Source: Patescibacteria group bacterium (GTDB lineage: Bacteria; Patescibacteriota; Microgenomatia; UBA8517). Taken from it: a DNA stretch of 64,000 nt. How positions within the stretch are numbered: position 1 is the first letter of the stretch; each line of letters begins with the position of its first letter. Under the pieces are notes generated by a model. That model did no database searches and was not told where the DNA came from. It worked only from the letters and a program-made list of their open reading frames with translations. The position numbers and the translations under genes are program-made. This document shows, one piece after another, positions 46,830 to 56,413 of this stretch. The DNA lies in NCBI GenBank assembly GCA_042571305.1, contig JBHPHS010000001.1:2781-66780 (forward strand), written 5' to 3'.

Positions 46830-49433
46830 ATGGATATAGGCAAAGTACAATCCACCGAAATAACCACCGAACTCTCAAAATCCTATCTGGATTATGCAAT
46901 GAGTGTCATTGTTGCTCGAGCACTTCCGGACGTTAGAGATGGACTTAAACCGGTTCACAGAAGAATCCTTTATGCCATGCATTTAATGGGACTTAAATCC
47001 ACCGGTACCTTTACCAAATCGGCAAAGGTGGTTGGTGAGGTTTTGGGTAAATATCATCCGCACGGGGACATGGCGGTATATGATGCCATGGTGAGAATGG
47101 CACAAGATTTTTCAATGAGATATCCACTGGTAAAAGGGCAGGGAAATTTTGGATCGGTTGACGGGGATCCTCCTGCCGCCATGAGATACAGTGAGGTCAA
47201 GCTTGCAGCAATCTCCAACCCCATACTTACGGATATCGAAAAGGATACAGTGGATTTTAATGAAAACTTTGATGCGACAATGAAAGAGCCGGTTTATTTA
47301 CCTGCACTTCTACCTAACCTTCTTCTAATGGGAACTGAGGGGATTGCTGTGGGAATGGCAACAAAGATACCTCCTCATAATTTAAAAGAGGTGGTTGATG
47401 CTGTTGTTGCAGTTATTCAAAAAGGTGCTGTTGTTTCCGAAAAACAAAAGGCACAAAAACAAACCGACTTCGTAATAAAAAAGATCTCACTGGTTGCCTC
47501 AGGCGAGAAAAAAAATCTTTCTCAAAAAGAGGTAAATCCAACCGCGGTTTCTTTTGAAAGTGAGATTACCGTTGATGAGCTTACCAACATCTTGCCTGCA
47601 CCAGATTTTCCAACAGGTGGAGCAATTTATGATGCCAATTCCTTAAAAGAGGTTTACGCAACAGGAAGGGGAAGAATTGTTGTTAGGGGAGTGGCAGAGA
47701 TTAAAGAAGGATCAAAAGGAAAAACACAAATTGTTATTTCCGAAATACCATACCAGGTAAACAAATCAGATCTGGTGGTAAAAATTGCAGGACTTGTAAA
47801 GGATAAAAAAATTGTCGGAGTGGGGGATTTGAGGGATGAGAGTGACAAAGACGGAATGAGGGTGGTGGTTGATCTAAAACGTGACGCAAAACCCAAAGCG
47901 GTACTAAACAACATCTTTAAACACACCCGTTTACAAACCACATTCCCGGCAAACTTTGTAGCACTTGTGGATGGTACCCCTTATACACTTAATCTTAAAC
48001 AAATCTTGGTTGAATACGTCAAGCACAGACAAAAGGTAGTAACCAGAAGAACTATCTTTGAGTTAACGGAGGCTAAAAAAAGAGCACACATTTTGGAGGG
48101 CTTAAAGATCGCACTTGATAATCTTGATGCGGTAATCAAAACCATCCGTGCTTCCCGTACACAGGAAGATGCCAAAAACAATTTAATTAAAAAGTTCGGC
48201 TTAACCGAAATTCAATCTACAGCAATTTTGGATATGCAGTTAAGGCGTTTGGCAGCTCTTGAGCGGGAGAAGATTGAAAAGGAGTATGAAGAGATAAAGA
48301 AGTTAATAGATAAATTAACCACAATATTAAATAATCCAAAAAAAGTGTTGGACATTATTGTCAAGGAAATTACCGATCTGAAAGAAAAGTTTGGTGACGT
48401 ACGACGTACAAAAATTTACAAAAATCCAATCGGTGAATTTTCTGAGGAAGACCTTGTCCCTAAAGAAGATGCTCTAATAATGATAACAAAAACAGGCTAT
48501 ATTAAGCGTTTACCGACAACAACTTATAGGGCCCAAAGAAGGGGTGGAAAAGGAGTAATCGGAATGAGCACCAAGGAAGAAGATGAAATAAAACACTTAA
48601 TAACGGTAACGACACATAACACCATTCTTTTTTTCACTGACAAAGGTCGTGTTTTTGGATCAAAAGCATGGGAAATTCCAGAATCTTCCCGTCAAGCTAG
48701 GGGGCAGGCTTTGGTTAATTTCTTAAACCTTGACCAGCAAGAAGAGATTAGGTCTGTAATTCCTCTTGAAACGGATGAAAATGCAAAAAACCTAATTCTT
48801 GCAACAAGGAAAGGACATATCAAAAAAACTAAACTCTCACAATTTAAAAACTTAAGAATATCAGGTCTTATTGCAATAAGACTTAAGGATAAAGATCAGC
48901 TTGTGTCAGCACAAATAACAAATGGGGAAGATCATATAATGCTTATTACCAAAAAAGGGAAGTCCATCAGGTTCCCAGAATCTGATGCAAGAGCAATGGG
49001 CAGAGCAACAAGCGGAGTTACCGGAATAAGACTTGAAGCAGATGATGAGGTTATTGCAATGGAAGTACTTGCTTCAAAACAATCCGCACCTAAAGACAAA
49101 AGGCGAAAGTTTTTCAGAGACATTCTTTCAATATCTGAAAAGGGGCTTGGAAAAAGAACACCGGTTCACCTATTCCCTGTACAAAAAAGAGCAGGTAAGG
49201 GTGTAAAGGAGGCGGCTGTTAATAAAAAGACTGGAGAGTTAAAAGTTGCCGTCATGGTTACCCAAAAGATTGATCAGCTGGTTATCACCTCAAAGTTCGG
49301 GCAAGTAATTAAGCTTCCTACTAAAAATATTCCCCAAATGGGAAGGGCCACCCAAGGGGTTATATTAATGAGATTTACCGACAAAACAGATTCTGTAGCA
49401 GCTGCCGCAGTACTTGAAAAAGGCAAAGAATAA
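46830..49433 (+). CDS. gyrA: DNA gyrase subunit A
   Basis: [28 protein letters not shown] and the active-site region are present, with C-terminal beta-pinwheel repeats. Confidence 0.9.
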   Translation: MDIGKVQSTEITTELSKSYLDYAMSVIVARALPDVRDGLKPVHRRILYAMHLMGLKSTGTFTKSAKVVGEVLGKYHPHGDMAVYDAMVRMAQDFSMRYPLVKGQGNFGSVDGDPPAAMRYSEVKLAAISNPILTDIEKDTVDFNENFDATMKEPVYLPALLPNLLLMGTEGIAVGMATKIPPHNLKEVVDAVVAVIQKGAVVSEKQKAQKQTDFVIKKISLVASGEKKNLSQKEVNPTAVSFESEITVDELTNILPAPDFPTGGAIYDANSLKEVYATGRGRIVVRGVAEIKEGSKGKTQIVISEIPYQVNKSDLVVKIAGLVKDKKIVGVGDLRDESDKDGMRVVVDLKRDAKPKAVLNNIFKHTRLQTTFPANFVALVDGTPYTLNLKQILVEYVKHRQKVVTRRTIFELTEAKKRAHILEGLKIALDNLDAVIKTIRASRTQEDAKNNLIKKFGLTEIQSTAILDMQLRRLAALEREKIEKEYEEIKKLIDKLTTILNNPKKVLDIIVKEITDLKEKFGDVRRTKIYKNPIGEFSEEDLVPKEDALIMITKTGYIKRLPTTTYRAQRRGGKGVIGMSTKEEDEIKHLITVTTHNTILFFTDKGRVFGSKAWEIPESSRQARGQALVNFLNLDQQEEIRSVIPLETDENAKNLILATRKGHIKKTKLSQFKNLRISGLIAIRLKDKDQLVSAQITNGEDHIMLITKKGKSIRFPESDARAMGRATSGVTGIRLEADDEVIAMEVLASKQSAPKDKRRKFFRDILSISEKGLGKRTPVHLFPVQKRAGKGVKEAAVNKKTGELKVAVMVTQKIDQLVITSKFGQVIKLPTKNIPQMGRATQGVILMRFTDKTDSVAAAAVLEKGKE

Positions 49434-49438
49434 AAAGG

Positions 49439-49945
49439 TTAGCTAGATAAATATTTCTGAAAGTCTTCAAAATAAGGGTAATTATGATCAGTTCTTGGTT
49501 TTTCAATGACTTTAATTTTCGAGGAAACTTTCTTTAAAAACTCCTTTAATTGATTGTATGAAACAAAAGGATCTTTGGTGTTTTGAAAGCAAATTATTTT
49601 TTCGGGGGAGAGGGTAGCATATGAGTTACTAAATGTTTTTAATCTTGCCTCGGAAACAGAAGGAATACCACAAAGAATAACCTTTTCAACATTTTCAGGA
49701 ATTTCTTTAACCAAATGTGCCCCAACTAAAGTTCCAACGGATTTGGCAATTATGTTTACCTTTTCACCTGAGGCAACAGAAACTAAGAGTCTAACCTTTT
49801 CTTTTAATTTAAATCCTGCTTTCGGATCTTCCCAATGATCCCAAAAGATGGGTCTAATTTGACCCTCAAGTTTAAGCTTAGCAGCTACCTCTTCAGCCCA
49901 TTCTTTATTATGTGCAGAATACCCAGGTAATATAAAAGTTATCAT
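49439..49945 (-). CDS. small alpha/beta serine hydrolase (YdeN/RBBP9-like)
   Basis: It is 168 aa with an AKSVG nucleophile-elbow variant and a conserved Asp/His spacing candidate. Confidence 0.35.
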   Translation of the reverse strand: MITFILPGYSAHNKEWAEEVAAKLKLEGQIRPIFWDHWEDPKAGFKLKEKVRLLVSVASGEKVNIIAKSVGTLVGAHLVKEIPENVEKVILCGIPSVSEARLKTFSNSYATLSPEKIICFQNTKDPFVSYNQLKEFLKKVSSKIKVIEKPRTDHNYPYFEDFQKYLSS

Positions 49946-49950
49946 TATTA

Positions 49951-50178
49951 TTAACTACCTTTCATTTTTCCTTCTGTTTTTCCAGACGCATGCAATTTAC
50001 CTTTTCCTTTCTTAAAAGATATAATTCTAAATATATTATGGTGCGGTTTCCCTTGATCAAGCAACTTTGAAACCTGTTTCCAATCACCTGGTTTTTTCAA
50101 AAACCTTCTTAGTGACTTCTTTATAAAATTTTTCTCTCTCAAATCACTATCAGAACTCTCACCACACCTCTCACGCAT
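49951..50178 (-). CDS. small very basic hypothetical protein
   Basis: This 75 aa ORF is co-oriented between two minus-strand genes. It has no motif. Confidence 0.25.
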   Translation of the reverse strand: MRERCGESSDSDLREKNFIKKSLRRFLKKPGDWKQVSKLLDQGKPHHNIFRIISFKKGKGKLHASGKTEGKMKGS

Positions 50179-50255
50179 AGCCTATTATAACAACAATATG
50201 AAGATGTTCAAAAATAATTGGTTAGGTAAAAAATATATCTTAATAAGAAATTATA

Positions 50256-50801
50256 TTAAATAGCGGTAGCACCAAGTTTACTCTCAATAGCCTTAATATC
50301 CGGTTTTTTTGCATTCTCATAGGTATCCAGTCCCTTTTCTATAGCTACAATCCTCGTTATGGTCCTACCTATTTTCCTGGAGGGTGCAATTCCACACTCT
50401 ACCAAAGCATCTGCAGCATCATTGTGATAATGCCATCTGAGAGAATCTAAGACTTCAACATTGTCTTTTTCCAACACTTTCTTTTGTTCTTTCAAGTGGC
50501 ATATATAAATACCAATGGCTTCTCTTGCGTTAGGAGGAAATTTTTCAGGACGATACTTGAATGACACCTCATTTATTATCGAAAAATCCAACAGTGCGAT
50601 CTTCGCAACTTCACTGCTTAGGAATTCTTTCTCCTTTTCTTTTTCGGTAACATCAGGTGTTAGTTTCTTGCCTTCGAAAAAGTCCTCAAAACCTTTTTTA
50701 TATTCACTGCTTTTGTAAAACCTGTCCATTAACTCCCAAGGATCATTAACCAAAATATTATCTACTTTCTTGGAACCCTCGTCTTTCACCGTATCTTCCA
50801 T
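50256..50801 (-). CDS. hypothetical protein (181 aa)
   Basis: It has no recognisable motif. Its start codon abuts the divergent nuclease gene start. Confidence 0.4.
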   Translation of the reverse strand: MEDTVKDEGSKKVDNILVNDPWELMDRFYKSSEYKKGFEDFFEGKKLTPDVTEKEKEKEFLSSEVAKIALLDFSIINEVSFKYRPEKFPPNAREAIGIYICHLKEQKKVLEKDNVEVLDSLRWHYHNDAADALVECGIAPSRKIGRTITRIVAIEKGLDTYENAKKPDIKAIESKLGATAI

Positions 50802-51562
50802 TGATTAAGTATAACCTAACAGAATATATTTTATCACCTTCGCTTAGGGAGAGTTTCGTAGTAAAATTACAAGGTATGTATAAACTAAGTCCTTCAGATT
50901 TTGCTTTCCTATATGAAGAGTGCAAGCTTTGTTACTACCTTAAAGTTAAACACGGAATATACCAACCTAGTATGCCTATGCCGGGTGTCTTTTCAGCAAT
51001 CAATACTCGGATTCAAGGAAATTTGGTTGGTAAAAATCTTCGTGAACTTTCATCTAAACTTCCTGATGGAGTAGTGGAGATTCAGGAAGGATGGGTTGAG
51101 TCAACACTTGTCCCCAAAACAAGTGTTTATATTAAAGGAAAATACGATTTATTGGTACGAAAACCTGATAAATCTTATATGCTTGTTGATTTAAAAATAA
51201 GCTCACCTGATATAAATAAGATCGACAAATACAAAACTCAACTTGCCGCTTATAAATTTGCACTAGGCAATCCCAAATACGGAAAGGGTAAGAAGATAAC
51301 CAAGATAGGTCTTTTAATATTTTATCCGGATAAAGTGCGATTTGAAAAAAACGAAGCACATCTTTCTTTCCCTCCAAAATGGCTTGAGGTGCCAGTTGAT
51401 GAAAAAGGATTTTTTGCCTTTGCTAAAAAAATAGACAAACTCTTAAGCGGTCCTGTCCCTGAAGAAAGTAAATCCTGTAAATGGTGTCAATACAGACATG
51501 TTGGCGATCAACTTGCACACCCAAATACTAAAGAAGAGGAGCAAATAGATTTGCCTTTTTAA
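50801..51562 (+). CDS. Cas4/RecB-family PD-(D/E)xK nuclease with a 2+2 Cys cluster
   Basis: Motif II/III GKYDLLV...MLVDLK is present. The QxxxY motif is QLAAYKF. There is an N-terminal CKLC and a C-terminal CKWC. The start may be TTG 50801 or Met-26. Confidence 0.55.
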   Translation: MIKYNLTEYILSPSLRESFVVKLQGMYKLSPSDFAFLYEECKLCYYLKVKHGIYQPSMPMPGVFSAINTRIQGNLVGKNLRELSSKLPDGVVEIQEGWVESTLVPKTSVYIKGKYDLLVRKPDKSYMLVDLKISSPDINKIDKYKTQLAAYKFALGNPKYGKGKKITKIGLLIFYPDKVRFEKNEAHLSFPPKWLEVPVDEKGFFAFAKKIDKLLSGPVPEESKSCKWCQYRHVGDQLAHPNTKEEEQIDLPF

Positions 51563-51585
51563 CAAAAATGTTTTATTTTTAGACT

Positions 51586-51762
51586 ATGGCTATTGAAAAC
51601 TTTTACACCACACCTCCGATGTGCATTGATTTGACAGCTGAACAAGCTATTGAGCACCTTTATAATCTTGAAAACAATCCAGACGTCCAACAGGATCAAA
51701 CAACCAACAATGACGAAGGTGGAAGTGAAAGCAATAAAGGAGTCCCTCAGCAAGAATAGAAA
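51586..51762 (+). CDS. small acidic ORF (58 aa) downstream of the nuclease
   Basis: The translation is MAIENFYTTPPMCIDLTAEQAIEHLYNLENNPDVQQDQTTNNDEGGSESNKGVPQQE. It fills a gap between convergent genes. Confidence 0.2.
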
Positions 51763-51768
51763 ACTAAA

Positions 51769-52299
51769 TCAAGAATACTTCCTATTAAGATTGTTTATAC
51801 TTGAACAAAGATCCGTAACGATTATTGTATCATCCATACCTAGTTTGGCATTTTTAGGAATAATATTAATACCAATTACTCCGAACAAATCCATTAAGTT
51901 ACCGCTTAACGTTCTTAATGCAATAAATAGTTCAAGATGATCAAATCTAAAATTCAGTTTGTCTAACCTCTCCCCGGAAACAAAAGGAGCCAATCCTTTT
52001 GTATTGCCGCAATTATCACAGATGCGTTTTTCTAAAAAAGGATTTACAGTCACTTCAAAACTTTGCTTAGAAAAAGGAAGTGAAAGGAACAACTTATTTT
52101 TTTCTAATTCTTCCGAAGCATAATTTGTGGTTTTAAAGTAAAGCGAAAGTCTGTCTTCAGAAACGCCACGGTATGTCTTTAACACAAATTCCTCTCCAAA
52201 TCTAAAAACCCGTGAGTCTTCCCCATAATCTAGAGCTTTATTCTCTTTACTTTCAAAGCACGGCCAAGCAATAGGCGTGGTTTGTTTTTCTTTTAACAC
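51769..52299 (-). CDS. hypothetical protein with a CxxC motif (176 aa)
   Basis: It lies downstream of and co-oriented with the recombinase. It contains RICDNCGN and has no family match. Confidence 0.4.
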   Translation of the reverse strand: MLKEKQTTPIAWPCFESKENKALDYGEDSRVFRFGEEFVLKTYRGVSEDRLSLYFKTTNYASEELEKNKLFLSLPFSKQSFEVTVNPFLEKRICDNCGNTKGLAPFVSGERLDKLNFRFDHLELFIALRTLSGNLMDLFGVIGINIIPKNAKLGMDDTIIVTDLCSSINNLNRKYS

Positions 52300-52357
52300 A
52301 GTCTATATATACTATGAAATGATAATCTACGAAAGAGGAATTCAAGAAATAGAAGAT

Positions 52358-53311
52358 CTACTTTCCTCCATGTCCATGGAAGGCTTTATGAATATCCCTT
52401 AATTGTCTGTTTGTTACATGGGTATAAATTTGTGTAGTTGATATGTTTTTATGTCCCAGCATTTCCTGAACACTTCTTATGTCAGCTCCTGCCATAAGTA
52501 AGTCTGTTGCAAAACTATGTCTTAATATATGGGGGGTAGCATCAACGGGAAGCTTTATCTTCTTAACATACTTTTTAATCATTCTTTGTACCGATCGGGG
52601 AGATAGGCGCATTTTTTCATCAGGTGTTGTCGGTTCAATTTTTCCTTTGTGTCGTATAAATACTGGCTTGAAATGATCGTTTCTTTCGTTGAAATATTTT
52701 GTCAACCAGTCAGCTGCTCTTTGCGAAAGAAAAACCACTCTTGCTTTTCCTCCCTTACCAACAACTCCAAATTCTCTTCTATCTAAATCCACCTTCTCTC
52801 TATCAAGTTTAACAAGCTCACTAACACGCAAACCTGTTGAAAAAAACATTTCTAGAATTGCTTTGTCACGTTTCCCTTGTATTGTTGAAAGAGATGGTGC
52901 ATTTAATAATCTATCCACCTGTTCACCACTTAAAAATTTTACCTGTCTTTCGGTTACTTTTGGCAAATCAATCTTATCAGGTGCCATAACTTTGTAATCA
53001 TTTTTAATAAGCCATTTAAGAAAACTTCTTAAGGCAATTGCATGATAACCTTGGGTGCGCCTTCCCAAAGTCCCTCCTTTACCGTCCGTAAGATTTGATA
53101 AATAAACCCTGTAAAGCCTGATAACCTCAGGGTTAATATCTTTTACGGTTTGTCTTATTCCAGAATCTGCCATCCAATTAATAAAGCGGTTTAAATAATG
53201 ACGGTAGTTTCTAATCGTTAGGGGAGAGGAGCCTCGCTCGACTTGAAGATAGTCTAAAAAATCATCAACCTTTTTGGAAATATCAGATTGATTTTGAGCA
53301 GTATCAGACAT
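52358..53311 (-). CDS. tyrosine site-specific recombinase, XerC/XerD family
   Basis: The C-terminus HILRHSFATDLLMAGADIRSVQEMLGHKNISTTQIYTHV has the R..HxxR..Y catalytic set. The N-terminal core-binding domain is LTIRNYRHYLNRF. Confidence 0.8.
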   Translation of the reverse strand: MSDTAQNQSDISKKVDDFLDYLQVERGSSPLTIRNYRHYLNRFINWMADSGIRQTVKDINPEVIRLYRVYLSNLTDGKGGTLGRRTQGYHAIALRSFLKWLIKNDYKVMAPDKIDLPKVTERQVKFLSGEQVDRLLNAPSLSTIQGKRDKAILEMFFSTGLRVSELVKLDREKVDLDRREFGVVGKGGKARVVFLSQRAADWLTKYFNERNDHFKPVFIRHKGKIEPTTPDEKMRLSPRSVQRMIKKYVKKIKLPVDATPHILRHSFATDLLMAGADIRSVQEMLGHKNISTTQIYTHVTNRQLRDIHKAFHGHGGK

Positions 53312-53368
53312 TACACAATCAGTTTATATTATAAGAAAGAGAGTGTCAATATTGTGCGACTTAATGGG

Positions 53369-54079
53369 TTAAACCACTATTGTCTCAGCAAGATGAAACC
53401 ACACCCTGTAAATTTTAGGAAGGGCTTTGTAGTATCCAACTGGCACAACAATGATTCTGTTTTTTTCTTTACAATCAACATTCCAGGGTTGAGGTACCAT
53501 AACAACATCACAATCTGTTTCGTCAACTATCCTTTCTGCGTGTTCAAGTGAATCTTCAAAATGGATATTAGATCCTATCTTTTTTATCTCGCTGATTTTA
53601 AAGTCAGCATTTATTCTGTCTTCATTTTGTTGTATATGAATTAAGCTTTTGTCAACCCAAGGCATTCTATTTTTATACCATTCAAAGGTAACCTTTCCTT
53701 TAGATGAAGGTCTTGATGTGATTCTGTGTACTTTAAGTCCTTTATCAAACCAGCGTTTGGAAAATCTTAAAACTCCGGCTTGCGGTGGTGCATGTAATAC
53801 AACTTCTGGGTCTGTCCAAATGTCTAATGTATAATCAACTGGATCTACAATCTGAGGATGGTCCTTAGTTAACATATCTGCAAGACTCCAATAATTTGTT
53901 AATTCGGAAACCTTGTGGTTTGAACCGAGCCGTTCATTTAACTTATTAATAACGCTTTTAGCTAAATCAACCTCAACACCATCAATGTCAGTACTTACAA
54001 CAGAATTTCTTAATATTTCATACAACCCTTCAATCTTTTTTTGAATATCTGTTTCATTGCTGTCTAACTCTGGCGACAT
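53369..54079 (-). CDS. HAD-superfamily 5'(3')-deoxyribonucleotidase (NT5C family)-like
   Basis: HAD motif I is DIDGVEVDL. The C-terminal block is IHFEDSLEHAERIVDETDCDVVMVPQPWN. Confidence 0.45.
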   Translation of the reverse strand: MSPELDSNETDIQKKIEGLYEILRNSVVSTDIDGVEVDLAKSVINKLNERLGSNHKVSELTNYWSLADMLTKDHPQIVDPVDYTLDIWTDPEVVLHAPPQAGVLRFSKRWFDKGLKVHRITSRPSSKGKVTFEWYKNRMPWVDKSLIHIQQNEDRINADFKISEIKKIGSNIHFEDSLEHAERIVDETDCDVVMVPQPWNVDCKEKNRIIVVPVGYYKALPKIYRVWFHLAETIVV

Positions 54080-54838
54080 TTTGAAATTCTACGATTATTT
54101 TCCCAGGTGTGCAAGAAGATGGCTTTTTTTGGATAAACACAAATACAAAACTTCACTAAATCGATTTTAAAGCCTTTGTTTTTTACAAGATGATTGGTTA
54201 GTCATTGAAACTATAATAAATATTATTAGAAATATAATTTTGCTGTTTTTTGAAAGATTTAGAAAAAATGGGGGAGTGGTGACAAATTGCATAAAATATT
54301 ATTTGGTATTTATTCGGTGTAGAAATATAAAGACATATTTTAAAAATGGAGTAATTAAATAAAAATAATTAGTTGTTATAAACAACCAGTTAAGCCGTAT
54401 GGGTGTAAGTAGATAAAAACCCTGCTCAACCCTGTTGAATTGTACTACGTCGTAAAAGTATTATTGTACGACAGTATAGTTCGAAGCACCTCTCCAATGG
54501 GGGTCTATGTTTTTAATACTCCTGTATACCACTTTATATAAGAGATTGTACCCTTACTTGGTTGCATCTAATTACTTATTAAGCACACTGCCACTCCGAG
54601 TGAAAGATATCCACATTGTGTTTCATCAACTATATCAATGTATATCAATTCTTCACGCATGGCTTTTCGGTATTCTTTCGGAGAGATCTCTAACATACAT
54701 TTCGTGAAAACTACCTATAATATTCGTGAAAGAAAGTTGATAGCAAGATATACAGCTTTTTATTATAGGCTTTTTGTCCACCCTACTTCCCCACCTTATG
54801 CCTCATTAATTATTTTAATAATTTATTGTTATAAATAA
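54080..54838. other. 760 bp AT-rich non-coding region with short repeats
   Basis: It contains no ORF of 70 aa or longer. It holds the tandem pair cTATATCAATgTATATCAAT. TTCGTGAAA occurs twice, 22 bp apart. TTGTTATAAA(C/T)AAC occurs twice. There are three DnaA-box-like 9-mers (ATATCCACA, TTGTCCACC, CTATCCACC). Confidence 0.5.
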
Positions 54839-55609
54839 CTATCCACCCCAATGGGTGGCCAAAAACATTCCAATAAATACAAACAACCCCACAATCAGGT
54901 ATTCCCTAACGGTTTGAGAAAAGAACCTTTCCTCCAGCCTTGCTTGACCTAAACCTAAAATTACATAAACAACAACTGTTAAAAACAATGAACCCACAAC
55001 AACCGTGACTGGCCAAAAGTATAAAGCAGTGGTCACCTCCCCCATTATTAAAGCAGCAACGGATGAGGTTATTAAAATATCTTTGTTAAATTCCTTCTCT
55101 AAAGTAACGCTCCAAAATCCTTGAACATATAAAGGTAGAGACAACAAGCTTACAAGACTCAGTGTTACAGGAAGTGAGGTTCTAAGTGATAAGATAGTGT
55201 CATATACAAGGAAGAAAGTTATTAAACTGAGTACAAAACCAACTCCCCTGGCAGCACGGAAAAGTGCTATCGTTCTTATCGCGGAAACGGTATAAATATT
55301 CATTGTCAAACAAAGAACATAAATTCCAACACCATAAAAAATCACCACAGGAAGTCTAGCAAAGATATTTGCAGGAAGTAAAAACCAAAAAATACCCACC
55401 CCTAAGGTAAATATAGTTGGAAGAATAAGTGCGAGAAGTGTCATGTTTAAACTCAAACCTTCCCAAAGCGACCAGGTAAATGTTACCAAAGTTGTCAGGC
55501 CCAAAAGCCCAATAGCCCAAAAGCGTAAACTGTTATCCAAAAATTGAATTCCTACAAATCCAAGAGAAAGTATTAAGGAAGTAATTAGAAAGCGTTTACG
55601 TTTCGACAT
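54839..55609 (-). CDS. polytopic membrane protein of unknown function
   Basis: It has at least seven hydrophobic helices and no motif. Confidence 0.45.
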   Translation of the reverse strand: MSKRKRFLITSLILSLGFVGIQFLDNSLRFWAIGLLGLTTLVTFTWSLWEGLSLNMTLLALILPTIFTLGVGIFWFLLPANIFARLPVVIFYGVGIYVLCLTMNIYTVSAIRTIALFRAARGVGFVLSLITFFLVYDTILSLRTSLPVTLSLVSLLSLPLYVQGFWSVTLEKEFNKDILITSSVAALIMGEVTTALYFWPVTVVVGSLFLTVVVYVILGLGQARLEERFFSQTVREYLIVGLFVFIGMFLATHWGG

Positions 55610-55610
55610 A

Positions 55611-56345
55611 TTATGCCACCAAATCGTCAGGAATATCTACATTTGTAAACACATTTTGTACATCCTCATGTTCGTCTAAAGTGTCTAAAAACTCCAGGAT
55701 TTTAGTTGCATCTTTTCCTTCAGTTACCGCTTGCATATTCTTTGGTTTCATATAAAGCTCCATTGAGGTTACCTCAAATCCCTTTGACTCTAGTTTGTCT
55801 TTCATTTCCTTAAGTTTTCCCGGAGCAACATACGCCTCTACCGCATCAGTGGTTTCTTCAACATCCTCCACTCCCTCATCAATAAGCGTGAGCATTTGAT
55901 TTTGAACATCTTGCCTCTTTTTAACAACTAAAAGACCTTTACTTTCAAAATTAAAAGAAACAGATCCCGGTCCACCCAAGCTCCCCCCTACCCTTTCAAA
56001 CATACTTTTTATTTCTTGTGCGGTTCTATTTCTATTATCTGTTGCCGTCTCTACAATGACAGAAATTCCCTTAGGTCCATAACCTTCATAAGAAACGGCT
56101 TCCATTGCCGCTCCCTCACTTCCTTTTGAAAGGGCTCTTTCAATGTTACTTTTAGGCATGTTGGCGGCTTTGGCTTTCTCCATAATTATTCTTAATTTGT
56201 AATTGGAGTCAGGATCTTTGTTTCCCCCACCGGCTTTTACCGCAATAGAAATCTCCTTTGCAAGCCTTGAAAAGACTTTCCCTTTTGCAGCATCTTTTGC
56301 CTCCTTTGTTCTTTTTATTGTTGCGTAGTGGCTGTGCCCGCTCAT
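55611..56345 (-). CDS. yebC: YebC/PmpR-family probable transcriptional regulatory protein
   Basis: The N-terminus MSGHSHYATIKRTKEAKDAAKGKVFSRLAKEI is followed by KAKAANMPKSNIERAL. Confidence 0.85.
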   Translation of the reverse strand: MSGHSHYATIKRTKEAKDAAKGKVFSRLAKEISIAVKAGGGNKDPDSNYKLRIIMEKAKAANMPKSNIERALSKGSEGAAMEAVSYEGYGPKGISVIVETATDNRNRTAQEIKSMFERVGGSLGGPGSVSFNFESKGLLVVKKRQDVQNQMLTLIDEGVEDVEETTDAVEAYVAPGKLKEMKDKLESKGFEVTSMELYMKPKNMQAVTEGKDATKILEFLDTLDEHEDVQNVFTNVDIPDDLVA

Positions 56346-56368
56346 AGCTAGGTTTATTATACTTCATC

Positions 56369-56396
56369 TTGACATCCTTTCCCACCCCTTTATACT
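56369..56396 (+). promoter_or_regulatory. sigma70-like promoter (-35 TTGACA, 16 bp spacer, -10 TATACT) for the TPR-like gene
   Basis: TTGACA lies at 56369-56374 and TATACT at 56391-56396. The ORF-track TTG start at 56369 is the -35 hexamer itself. Confidence 0.4.
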
Positions 56397-56413
56397 CTTC
56401 TAGAAGAGAAATT

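Noticed and set aside
50256-50801. HEPN-like Rx4-6H motif in the 181 aa protein (LRWHYH)
   Set aside because: The spacing is R-x3-H, not the 4-6 residues required, and there is no other HEPN context. I left it as a hypothetical protein.
51559-51940. ORFs 51559..51753(-) and 51650..51940(+)
   Set aside because: They overlap each other, the 58 aa plus-strand ORF and the 176 aa minus-strand gene. Neither has signal, motif or coupling, so they are likely spurious.
54600-54850. Three DnaA-box-like 9-mers (ATATCCACA, TTGTCCACC, CTATCCACC) as evidence for oriC
   Set aside because: Each has 1-2 mismatches to TTATCCACA. A dozen or more such near-matches are expected by chance in 64 kb of AT-rich DNA. 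No dnaA or dnaN is adjacent. They are kept only as a minor note within the non-coding-region finding.
56369-56413. TTG start at 56369 extending the TPR-like ORF by 15 aa (MTSFPTPLYSSRREI)
   Set aside because: The TTG is the first base of a TTGACA(-35)/TATACT(-10) promoter. A purine-rich SD precedes ATG 56414, so the extension is most likely untranslated.
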